Source of the DNA: a virus
Virus record (IMG/VR): IMGVR_UViG_3300045988_114473
Length of the DNA stretch: 45,401 nt
Strand: one strand, 5' to 3'
Shown here piece after piece: positions 1 to 7,990 of the stretch. Both the position numbers and the translations under genes were made by a program. A model generated the notes under the pieces. The model did no database searches. It had not been told where the DNA came from and was given only the letters and a program-made list of their open reading frames with translations. The stretch's first letter is position 1. Each line of letters opens with the position of its first letter.

Positions 1-55
1 TGAGACGAACGCCAAGACTTCTGAGACGAACGCCAAGACTTCTGAGACGAACGCC
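1..55. repeat. Terminal overlap: nt 1-55 are identical to nt 45347-45401, a circular-assembly signature inside a 21-bp tandem repeat
   Basis: Direct comparison of the two ends gives an exact 55/55 match (tgagacgaacgccaagacttc x2 plus tgagacgaacgcc). Confidence 0.9.
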
Positions 56-734
56 GCCGCTTCTGCCGCGGCCGCCGCAGAGAGTGCTAAGGTCGCGGGC
101 TTTTCCGTTCGCTACTTTGGCGCTACGGCTACGCCATCGGGAACGCTTTCCGTATCCTCGCTGATTCCTTCTGCGGGTGCTAAGATCGGCGACAACGTGC
201 TCGACGTTACAGGTAAGCTCTACGCCATCGCATCCATCTCGGGCGACACAGCTACGCTCGGCGCACAGCTCGCTGATCTTATGGGCCCACAGGGTCCGCA
301 AGGCGGCAAGGGCGACAAGGGCGACAAGGGTGACAAGGGCGACCAAGGCATTCAGGGCATTCAGGGCATTCAGGGTCCGCGCGGTGAGATTGGCCCGCAG
401 GGCATCAAAGGGGACACGGGCGCGCAGGGGCCCGCCGGCGAAACTGGCGAACGCGGCCTTCAAGGGCCACAAGGTGTTCAGGGCCCAAAAGGAAATGATG
501 GTGACAAAGGCGAGAAAGGCGACAAGGGCGACAAGGGCGGCAAGGGCGACAAGGGCGATACCGGAGAGCCCGGACCGCAAGGGCCGAAGGGTGATCCCGG
601 AGACATTACGACGGCCATCAATGCCTCCTACATTCAGTTTCAGGTCGATTTGACGGGCAACTTGGTTGTGAAAACCACTTCCGCGTCAGACGCCGAATAT
701 TCGATCAACGCCAACGGCGAAGTGGAGATTTCTT

Positions 735-748
<14 letters not shown>
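2..748 (+). CDS. Tail fibre protein, C-terminal part (5'-partial here; continues from 44727..45401 across the circular junction) with collagen-like G-X-Y tracts
   Basis: The frame is open from nt 2 and in phase with the SETNAK heptads at the window end. It has long GXY runs ([35 protein letters not shown]...) followed by a non-collagen C-terminal knob, with stop at 746-748. Confidence 0.85.
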
Positions 749-1481
<733 letters not shown>

Positions 1482-1489
1482 GGACGGAC

Positions 1490-2374
1490 ATGGCTAAAGG
1501 TGCTTATGTAGGTGTCGATGGTGTAGCCCATAAAGTCAAGAAGATTTATACGGGTGTAGACAATGTAGCTAGACAAGTTAAGAAAGGCTATGTTGGAGTT
1601 GGGGGTGTAGCTAGACCGTTCTTTAGTGCTGAATGGTTGGAGTATTATGGAGCTATTGATCCTTTAAGTACATCTAGATATTATTTAGCTGCAACTACGG
1701 TTGGAAACTATGCTTTGTTTGGAGGTGGTGCGGGAGGATCTCCTGCATATAAAGACACTGTAGATGCCTATAAAAGTAATTTAACTAGAAGCACGCCTAC
1801 AGCTTTAAGTACTGCTAGGGCTTATTTAGCTGCAACTACGGTTGGAAACTATGCTGTGTTTGGGGGTGGTACGGGAGGATCTCCTCCATATAAAGACACT
1901 GTAGATGCCTATGATAATACTTTAACTAGAAGCACGCCTACAGTTTTAAGTATTGCTAGGTCTTATTTAGCTGCAACTACGGTTGGAAACTATGCTTTGT
2001 TTGGGGGTGGGAGAGGGCCATCTCAAACAAACATGGTAGATGCCTATGATAATACTTTAACTAGAAGCACCCCTACAGTTTTAAGTATTAATAGATATAG
2101 TTTAGCTGCAACTACGGTTGGAAACTATGCTTTGTTTGGTGGTGGGAAAGGATCAAATCCTACAGATGGATACACTGTAGATGCTTATGATAATACTTTA
2201 ACTAGAAGCACTCCTACAGCTTTAAGGGTTGATAGCTATTATTTAGCCGCAACTACGGTTGGAAACTATGCTTTGTTTGGTGGTGGGAGAGGAGAAGCTC
2301 TTGGCTATAACAATACTGTAGATGCCTACGTAGATAAGGTAGGGGCAGAAATACCTACGTTCTTGGCTATATAA
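1490..2374 (+). CDS. Kelch/beta-propeller-like repeat protein, putative receptor-binding or fibre-associated
   Basis: It has an AAGGA Shine-Dalgarno and five 45-47-aa tandem repeats (YLAATTVGNYALFGGG...TVDAYDNTLTRSTPT.L). The N-terminus has a GV(D/G)GVA(H/R)(K/Q)VKK motif x3. The gene is visibly AT-rich compared with the rest of the genome. Confidence 0.75.
   Translation: MAKGAYVGVDGVAHKVKKIYTGVDNVARQVKKGYVGVGGVARPFFSAEWLEYYGAIDPLSTSRYYLAATTVGNYALFGGGAGGSPAYKDTVDAYKSNLTRSTPTALSTARAYLAATTVGNYAVFGGGTGGSPPYKDTVDAYDNTLTRSTPTVLSIARSYLAATTVGNYALFGGGRGPSQTNMVDAYDNTLTRSTPTVLSINRYSLAATTVGNYALFGGGKGSNPTDGYTVDAYDNTLTRSTPTALRVDSYYLAATTVGNYALFGGGRGEALGYNNTVDAYVDKVGAEIPTFLAI
1650..2330 (+). repeat. Intragenic tandem DNA repeat, period 141/141/135/141 nt (five Kelch-like blades)
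   Basis: tttagc(t/c)gcaactacggttggaaactatgct recurs at 1684, 1825, 1966, 2101 and 2242. Confidence 0.9.
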
Positions 2375-2375
2375 G

Positions 2376-2540
2376 ATGGAGGATGTTATTGCAGGGTCAG
2401 ACTCAGGAACTGTAAGTTATGAGTATAAGGGTGCTATTGGGTATGATGGTGATACTATTTATATAGCCCCAAATATTTCAGTACCAACTGGTTACCCAGG
2501 AAACCGCCTTATTTTATCTATAGCAGTTTATTTTATTTAA
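2376..2540 (+). CDS. Small hypothetical protein (54 aa), below the ORF-track threshold
   Basis: The ATG lies 2 nt after the upstream stop. Translation is MEDVIAGSDSGTVSYEYKGAIGYDGDTIYIAPNISVPTGYPGNRLILSIAVYFI. It shares the AT-rich composition of its neighbours. Confidence 0.3.
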   Translation: MEDVIAGSDSGTVSYEYKGAIGYDGDTIYIAPNISVPTGYPGNRLILSIAVYFI

Positions 2541-2543
2541 GAT

Positions 2544-2885
2544 ATGAAAAAGAAAATCGAAAAATATACTGGGGATAAAACCTATATGTTCCCCAACGGC
2601 TCAATTGCAACTAAGGAAGCTGTTCTTAAGCAGTTTCCTGCTGCATTGTCTTTCGTCCACTTTGTCGAAACCGATGAAAGCGGTGAAATCATGTGGGCAT
2701 TCCAAAATCTCTCTGCAATGAGAACTATGTATGAAATTGATAGCTCTCTGAGCGAAGAGGAAGCTTTGAGAAAGATTGAGGAGATCATCAATACTCCTCC
2801 GCCTGAACCTGAACCGTCTGCTGAAGAACGTATGGCCGCCGCTATGGAGCTGCAGGCTCTTAACTCTCTTACCGACGTGGAGTAA
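2544..2885 (+). CDS. Hypothetical tail-fibre-locus protein, possibly XkdW-like by position
   Basis: 113-aa ORF directly upstream of the XkdX-like gene. Composition switches from AT-rich to GC-rich near 2790. Confidence 0.55.
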   Translation: MKKKIEKYTGDKTYMFPNGSIATKEAVLKQFPAALSFVHFVETDESGEIMWAFQNLSAMRTMYEIDSSLSEEEALRKIEEIINTPPPEPEPSAEERMAAAMELQALNSLTDVE

Positions 2886-2889
2886 TGAA

Positions 2890-3315
2890 ATGAATTTCGA
2901 CACCATCAAGCGCAACTACGACCGTGGTCTCTGGACGGCGGCAATGGTAAAGATCGCCGTTAAGAAAGGCGTTATCACCCACGATGAATACGAGTCTATC
3001 GTCGCAGTCCCGTACGGGGACACGCCCGAAGAAGTGCAGGCGATGCTCACGGCCAAGGTGCAGAAGTACCTCGACACCGCGGCTCAGAAACTTGGCTACG
3101 ATTCCTGCCTGTCTGTGTGCTCCTACGTGGACACGGGGGTTGCCAAGTTTGACGAAGAGGGCGAAGCTTTCCGCAAATGGCGATCGGCTGTGTGGGCCAA
3201 GGGCTACGAGATCGTGGCTCAGGTTCAGGCAAGTACGCGACCTATTCCGACGGAAGAAGAGCTCTTTGCCGAATTGCCTACGCTTGAGCTTGACCGAGAA
3301 GAGCTCAAAGAGTAA
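2890..3315 (+). CDS. XkdX-like phage protein with a C-terminal extension
   Basis: An internal ATG at 2890 gives MNFDTIKRNYDRGLWTAAMVKIAVKKGVITHDEYESIV. This matches the XkdX-family pattern as I recall it (...VKRYYD.GLYT..DV..FV.KG.IT.EEY..I). The upstream part of the 2776 ORF overlaps the previous gene. Confidence 0.6.
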   Translation: MNFDTIKRNYDRGLWTAAMVKIAVKKGVITHDEYESIVAVPYGDTPEEVQAMLTAKVQKYLDTAAQKLGYDSCLSVCSYVDTGVAKFDEEGEAFRKWRSAVWAKGYEIVAQVQASTRPIPTEEELFAELPTLELDREELKE

Positions 3316-3367
3316 GGGTAATCTCTAAGCGGGCAAACCATATAGACGTTTTCCCTAGGGGTACAAT

Positions 3368-3405
3368 AGAGATGCGCACAATGTCGTGCGCATCTCTTTG
3401 TTTTT
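3368..3405 (+). terminator. Rho-independent terminator after the fibre accessory genes
   Basis: Perfect 12-bp stem agagatgcgcac/gtgcgcatctct, 6-nt loop, then ttgttttt. Confidence 0.75.
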
Positions 3406-3616
3406 ATGGGAGAAGCATATGATAAAAGATAGTTAAGCTCGTCGCTTTTCTTCACGGAAAAGAGGAGCATGAAATAAGCAGGGATCACCTTGCCCTTCTC
3501 ATTGAACAGCGCGAAAAAATGCTTGCCTACGCAGACGTGCCGCGCCTCCGAGTTAATCTCGTGCGCTACGATATGCGCGTGGACGAGAGTCTTCGCAAAC
3601 TAGAATCGGAGTTGAA

Positions 3617-3946
3617 ATGAAACACACGTACGCCACACTCAGCGATCGCGTTGACTCCCACATCTACCCCCGAGTAAGCGCCTTCTTCGCAAGAAACAAC
3701 ACCCTCGGCAGATTTTCTTTTGGCGATACGATTCCGGACCCGTTTCCCGTTGGCGATACGATTCCGGACCCGTTTCCCGTTGGCGACTATCCGTCGCGTC
3801 CGGGTCTTCTTGACGACGTTGAGCGAGAGAACCGTGAGTTGAAAGAAAAGCTGCGCCGTCTACAGCTTGAAGAAGAGAACAAGCGTCTGCGCCGAGAGAT
3901 CGAACGGCTTGAGCGCGGCGCACCGCCAACGGATTTTAAGTTATAA
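3617..3946 (+). CDS. Hypothetical protein with a duplicated GDTIPDPFPV motif and a C-terminal coiled coil
   Basis: 109-aa ORF. The C-terminus (ENRELKEKLRRLQLEEENKRLRREIERLE) is heptad-like. The ATG overlaps a short upstream ORF stop (ATGA). Confidence 0.6.
   Translation: MKHTYATLSDRVDSHIYPRVSAFFARNNTLGRFSFGDTIPDPFPVGDTIPDPFPVGDYPSRPGLLDDVERENRELKEKLRRLQLEEENKRLRREIERLERGAPPTDFKL
3721..3780 (+). repeat. Perfect 30-bp tandem duplication (x2, plus a 7-nt third start)
   Basis: tggcgatacgattccggacccgtttcccgt occurs at 3721-3750 and 3751-3780. Confidence 0.95.
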
Positions 3947-4203
3947 TGCGTAGCGAACTAGCTCACCTAGAAAGTCGGAAACGACTTGCTGCGCCGGGGT
4001 TCGGCGGACGTGAGCTGTGTTCGTGCTCAGGGTGTAAGCCCCGTAACGACATGGCGGAGCGAGATAAAACCTGAGCACCGCGCGACTCTTTTGGGATTTT
4101 GGAGGCTACAAAATACCCGACCCGGTAGCTGTGACCCATGACGACAGCGGTCTCACCGATATATGAGATGGAAATAGTCGGTTTTTCTCCTTTGCCGATG
4201 ACA

Positions 4204-4235
4204 AGCCCGCTTGCGAAAAGCAATGCGGGTTTTTC
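4204..4235 (+). terminator. Putative intrinsic terminator just upstream of the lysis cassette
   Basis: cccgcttgc-gaaaa-gcaatgcggg forms a 9-bp stem with one bulge, followed by ttttt. A perfect TATAAT lies at 4247-4252. Confidence 0.45.
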
Positions 4236-4281
4236 CTTATGTGGCGTATAATCCGTCCTAGGAAAACAACGGGGGTTTAAA

Positions 4282-4638
4282 ATGCCCGAAAAATACAGAG
4301 AAATCCTTACGGGCTCCTCCGCTTGGCTTGCGCTGTTCACCGCCGCAGGAGGTTGCCTAGTGAACTACATCACGGAATACAGAAACTCAGGGCGTCTACA
4401 GTTACGGTGGCTCACGGCTGATCTGCTCACAAGCTGCTTCCTAGGATACCTAGCCTTTTGGCTCATGATTGATTACGGGTTTACCCTATCCGAATGCGCA
4501 ATCGGTACGTGCGTCATCGGCAACCTCGGAGCGCGCGTGTTCGACATAGTGCGATTCAACCTTAGCAAACGCGGCGTTATGCCGCCTGTACAAAAGAAAA
4601 GCGAACTCTACGTAGGCGACAAAGACAAATGCAAGTAG
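4282..4638 (+). CDS. Holin (three predicted transmembrane segments)
   Basis: 118 aa with hydrophobic stretches SSAWLALFTAAGGCLVNYI, LLTSCFLGYLAFWLMI and CAIGTCVIGNLGARVF, and a charged C-terminus. It overlaps the endolysin start. Confidence 0.7.
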   Translation: MPEKYREILTGSSAWLALFTAAGGCLVNYITEYRNSGRLQLRWLTADLLTSCFLGYLAFWLMIDYGFTLSECAIGTCVIGNLGARVFDIVRFNLSKRGVMPPVQKKSELYVGDKDKCK

Positions 4639-5003
4639 GCTACTTCAACACGGATGAGTTTAAATCGGCGGACGGGAAAGAGTCCCCGTGGGGCGAGACT
4701 GTGGTCGATCCCGTGCTTCTGGAAAAGCTCAACGAGATTCGAGAGGCATACGGAAAGCCCGTCGTCATCAACTCAGGATACCGTTCGCCGGAACACAATG
4801 CCGCCGTGGGCGGCGTGAAGAACTCGATGCACGTACAGGGCAAGGCGGCCGACATCCGTCCTACGTCGAAGAATGCCGCAGACCTGCCCGAGCTTCAGCG
4901 CATTTGCGATGAGCTCAACGCAGAAGGCGGCGTGGGGTTCTACAACACGTTCTGCCACGTTGACGTGCGCGGTCGTCGCGCCCGTTGGGACAACCGCAAA
5001 TGA
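4629..5003 (+). CDS. Endolysin, peptidase M15 (LAS-type zinc D-Ala-D-Ala/L-Ala-D-Glu peptidase)
   Basis: Motifs SGYRSPEHNAAVGG, SMHVQGKAADI and FCHVDVRG match the H..D...H LAS metallopeptidase signature. Confidence 0.85.
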   Translation: MQVGYFNTDEFKSADGKESPWGETVVDPVLLEKLNEIREAYGKPVVINSGYRSPEHNAAVGGVKNSMHVQGKAADIRPTSKNAADLPELQRICDELNAEGGVGFYNTFCHVDVRGRRARWDNRK

Positions 5004-5434
5004 ATGCTAATGTTTTGACCGTTCTTTTGCTCGCCACCGTCGGTGCGATCGGCTACTTGGCCGGCGAGCACTCTGCGGCGGAGGACTACCGCGCGCTTAT
5101 CGAAGAGGCAACGAAGCAACGCGAGGCCGAACGGGATAGTTTGTTAAAGGAGAATCAAGATGCTTGGGCTAAAGAAGCCGAACACCGTAAAGCGCTGGAC
5201 GCTGCCAACGCTAATGTGCGCTCTCTTACTGAGCGGCTGCGCAACGCCACCCGCGCCAATCGACTGCCCGAAACCACCTCCGCTGCCCTCACACATCTCG
5301 AAGCCCGAAATGCCGAGCTTCAACGCCTACTCAACCGATGTTCAGGTCTTCTTGACCGAAGCGTTGGAGAGTATGGCCGATGCGCCGTCGGACACGACAC
5401 AGCAGTGAACCTGTATCAAGCCGCGCGCAAGTAG
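5000..5434 (+). CDS. i-spanin (Rz-like)
   Basis: The start overlaps the endolysin stop (ATGA). It has an N-terminal transmembrane segment (NVLTVLLLATVGAIGYLAG) followed by a charged coiled-coil periplasmic domain. Confidence 0.8.
   Translation: MNANVLTVLLLATVGAIGYLAGEHSAAEDYRALIEEATKQREAERDSLLKENQDAWAKEAEHRKALDAANANVRSLTERLRNATRANRLPETTSAALTHLEARNAELQRLLNRCSGLLDRSVGEYGRCAVGHDTAVNLYQAARK
5160..5408 (+). CDS. o-spanin (Rz1-like lipoprotein) embedded out of frame within the i-spanin gene
   Basis: It has its own AAGGAG Shine-Dalgarno. A signal peptide ends in the lipobox LLSGC, and the mature part is proline-rich (ATPPAPIDCPKPPPLP). Confidence 0.8.
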   Translation: MLGLKKPNTVKRWTLPTLMCALLLSGCATPPAPIDCPKPPPLPSHISKPEMPSFNAYSTDVQVFLTEALESMADAPSDTTQQ

Positions 5435-5437
5435 CAA

Positions 5438-5468
5438 AAAGCCCCTCAATCGAGGGGCTTTGTGTTTT
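5438..5468. terminator. Bidirectional terminator between convergent lysis and nucleotide-metabolism operons
   Basis: aaagcccctc-aatc-gaggggcttt is flanked by an A-run upstream and gtgtttt downstream. Confidence 0.75.
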
Positions 5469-6273
5469 AGTGACCCAGCCTTGATCTCAACGAACGCCAG
5501 CCGTCAAAGTTAGCGTACGTCAACGGGCGAGACGTTGCGGTATGCTCCATTGGCGACCAGTGCCCATCCATGCTAAGTCGCTCGAACAGCGCAAGGTCTT
5601 CTTCAATCGTGGACTGCGTCCCGTCGTGCTTGAGGTACGACAACCGTGCGCATCGTGCGGCGGATACTAGGGGGAGTTGATCCCACGGGAGGCTATCCCG
5701 CTCCTCCACAAGCACGTACGGGTAGTGATCCTCCCGACGAACGGGGACAGACAACCGTATTGACTGATGGATGCACTGCGCCAGCGTTTGGATCACGGGA
5801 TCAGCGTCCTTCGCCAAGCGCTGGGTGAAGAACCGCTCCCACCGCGTGGCCGTAATGAGGTGTCGCACGAAGCTAAACGGCTCAAGCAGTCGATTGACGT
5901 GCTGCTTGTGTACGCCCATTTCCGACAATCGTCTTGCGCTTGCGACGGCGGCCTCTCGCGCGCAGAGCCAGTTGTCCCGTGCCTTTGCCGACTCTTCCGG
6001 CGAGAGCTCGTCCCCGCCCACCATGCCGCGCTGATTGCGGTAGAAGTGCGACGGGACGTAGGTGCAGTCCTCGATGATGCGATCCACGGGTGTGGCACGG
6101 GACGAAGACACCGAGTTGGAGAAGTCCTTGTGCCGCAGCACCTCTGCGTGGATGATGCGCGGATACACGCACTCGACCGAAATAATGCGACGTCCGTTAA
6201 ACGTAGAGTCCTCGATGATGGTTGCCGAGCACTGCTCGAACTCAACCGTTGTGTCGTTAGTTGTCTTGTACAT
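5467..6273 (-). CDS. thyX: FAD-dependent thymidylate synthase ThyX
   Basis: It has the ThyX signature LRHKDFSNSVSSSRA (RHR..S.N..S.R type) and a C-terminal HWSPMEH. Confidence 0.85.
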   Translation of the reverse strand: MYKTTNDTTVEFEQCSATIIEDSTFNGRRIISVECVYPRIIHAEVLRHKDFSNSVSSSRATPVDRIIEDCTYVPSHFYRNQRGMVGGDELSPEESAKARDNWLCAREAAVASARRLSEMGVHKQHVNRLLEPFSFVRHLITATRWERFFTQRLAKDADPVIQTLAQCIHQSIRLSVPVRREDHYPYVLVEERDSLPWDQLPLVSAARCARLSYLKHDGTQSTIEEDLALFERLSMDGHWSPMEHTATSRPLTYANFDGWRSLRSRLGH

Positions 6274-6461
6274 TATCTGCCTCTCTTTTTGTTTAGCTTC
6301 TTAGCCCACCGTTCAACGTCCTTGCGGCGCCACAAGTTTCTGCACATTCCTAAGTCAACCGGCGCGGGGAACTCCCGTAAGAAAACCATACGTCTTAGCG
6401 TGCTTGCTGAAACGCCGAGCATACCGCACACTTGTTTTGTCGTCAGTAAAAGCGGCTTCAT
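6273..6461 (-). CDS. AlpA/excisionase-type helix-turn-helix protein
   Basis: LLTTKQVCGMLGVSASTLRRMVFLREFPAPV...RRKDVERW is a winged-HTH pattern. The internal ATG at 6461 overlaps the upstream stop (TAATG), and its own stop overlaps the thyX start. Confidence 0.65.
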   Translation of the reverse strand: MKPLLLTTKQVCGMLGVSASTLRRMVFLREFPAPVDLGMCRNLWRRKDVERWAKKLNKKRGR

Positions 6462-6943
6462 TAAAAATCTCCCGGCGCTACTTGGCAGCATTGAATCCCG
6501 TTTCGCCTCCACATGTCGACCACGCGGTTGCGATCGTCGAAAACAAGGAACGGCTCGTAGCCATCCTCTCGCATCTTAGCGAGCAGCTCTTCCTTCACAA
6601 TATCGTCCGGTCGGTGGTCGCCTGTTTTTCGCATATACAATATGGGCCTTACGTTGGGCGGAAGTATGTGCTCCATGAGCCACATCTCAGTTTCTTCACG
6701 GTAGGAATATGGACGCCCGGAACAAAAGATGACGTTCACGGTCGGTTTAATTCCCATGCCAGAGACAACGGCATGTAATCCCATTATGCCTCCGCAAACC
6801 ATGCGGATAGGTTCGATGGGCTTGTCGTGTAGCATTGCGCCAAAGAAGCCGTCCCAATCTTTTGGCTCCTGCTGAATAAAATGCAGACGATGCTTGTTGT
6901 CGGCAAGCGTGCCGTCAATGTCGAAAACAATAGCTTTTTTCAC
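6461..6943 (-). CDS. HAD-superfamily phosphatase (polynucleotide 3'-phosphatase / nucleotidase-like)
   Basis: GTG start after an AAGGAGG Shine-Dalgarno. Motif I is FDIDGTL and the C-terminal motif is VFDDRNRVVDMWRRNGIQCCQV. Confidence 0.75.
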   Translation of the reverse strand: MKKAIVFDIDGTLADNKHRLHFIQQEPKDWDGFFGAMLHDKPIEPIRMVCGGIMGLHAVVSGMGIKPTVNVIFCSGRPYSYREETEMWLMEHILPPNVRPILYMRKTGDHRPDDIVKEELLAKMREDGYEPFLVFDDRNRVVDMWRRNGIQCCQVAPGDF

Positions 6944-6954
6944 TCTGTCCTCCT

Positions 6955-7197
6955 TTACGTCGTGTGATTATCGTTGTTCAGCCGTTCGCACTCGTCGGCT
7001 TCCTTCAGTAATATCTCGGCCAGCTTTCGCGCGTGCTTCGGGTCCATGATTGCAGTGGCGCCGCCAGTCGCTCCGTATCCCCAGCCGTTGTCGAAGTCCT
7101 CGACGTGCAGATACACCTCGAACCCATCGCTGGAGCAATTTTGGCAGAACACGTCTACGGACCCGCCACCGATCTCCTTTAAATCGAGTACAGTCAT
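6955..7197 (-). CDS. Hypothetical protein
   Basis: 80-aa ORF translationally coupled (ATGA) to dut. Confidence 0.55.
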   Translation of the reverse strand: MTVLDLKEIGGGSVDVFCQNCSSDGFEVYLHVEDFDNGWGYGATGGATAIMDPKHARKLAEILLKEADECERLNNDNHTT

Positions 7198-7616
7198 TCT
7201 CCCGTACTCCCACAGCCGTTGGCTCCGCGCTCTGTCTGGCGCATCTCGGTGACACGCTCAAGCTCAACAGGGACAAGATACTCGACCATGAACTGACCAA
7301 TGCGCTCTCCGGCTTTCAGCAGTATCGGGCGCGAATGTCCGAAGTTGACTGCCTGCACCATGATCGCGCCCGTGTAGTCCGAGTCAATAATCCCCGTGGA
7401 CACTTGGATGCCGCGCTTGCACAGCGAGCTGCGCCCGTAGACCTTGACGCAGAACCCTTCAGGGATGTTGAGCGCCACGCCCGTAGGCACAAGCACCCCC
7501 TCGGCGTGCGGCAGGATCGTGTCCTCACTGACGTAGAGGTCGAAACACGCGGCTTCCTTCGTTCCCTTCGTAGGCATCTTGGCTCCTTCGTTGAGCAGTT
7601 TGATTCCAAGTCTCAT
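7194..7616 (-). CDS. dut: dUTP pyrophosphatase
   Basis: Motifs GIIDSDYTG and RGANGCGSTG. The start at the internal ATG (MRLGIKLL) overlaps the upstream stop (ATGA). Confidence 0.9.
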   Translation of the reverse strand: MRLGIKLLNEGAKMPTKGTKEAACFDLYVSEDTILPHAEGVLVPTGVALNIPEGFCVKVYGRSSLCKRGIQVSTGIIDSDYTGAIMVQAVNFGHSRPILLKAGERIGQFMVEYLVPVELERVTEMRQTERGANGCGSTGE

Positions 7617-7990
7617 TTCAAATTCTCCTGTTCGTCGTTGATAGCATCCAAAATATCTTTGCAGAAACAAAGATGGTCTAGCAGTTCACGAGGGTCTTCC
7701 GTAGGCTCGTACTTACTTGGCGCTCGCGTCGGTATGAATTCCCACCATTCAGCCCCGTCATACTCCTGCCTAATCATGACGAAGTCATCGCCGTATAGTT
7801 TTAGGTCAAGGGCTATCCAGTTCAGCCCGTAGCTTCGGTCATAAGCTATTCGCCTTGCATACTTCTCGAAGGTCTCCTTGCGCATGCGCTTATCACCAAT
7901 GTGCACGCACTCAACGTCATCCCAGCTTTTTCCGTTCTTCTTCAGCAGCGAAACGGTTTCTTCCCACAGCGAATCTTCGTAACAGGTCAT
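7613..7990 (-). CDS. Hypothetical protein
   Basis: 125-aa ORF with coupled overlaps on both sides. Confidence 0.6.
   Translation of the reverse strand: MTCYEDSLWEETVSLLKKNGKSWDDVECVHIGDKRMRKETFEKYARRIAYDRSYGLNWIALDLKLYGDDFVMIRQEYDGAEWWEFIPTRAPSKYEPTEDPRELLDHLCFCKDILDAINDEQENLK

Noticed and set aside
1650-2330. Diversity-generating retroelement (template/variable repeat pair) in the fibre locus.
   Set aside because: No reverse transcriptase gene exists in the genome. The repeats are five in-frame domain repeats, and their differences are not restricted to adenine positions.
3225-3488. An 87-codon minus-strand ORF.
   Set aside because: It overlaps the 3' end of the XkdX-like gene and runs through the strong plus-strand terminator hairpin. 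It has a Ser-rich junk-like C-terminus.
3963-4340. A 125-codon minus-strand ORF between the fibre and lysis modules, and a 42-codon plus-strand ORF at 3946..4074.
   Set aside because: The minus ORF overlaps the holin start and has no Shine-Dalgarno or terminator. Its C-terminal half is Arg/Ser/Pro-rich. The plus ORF is too short to support. The region is left unassigned.
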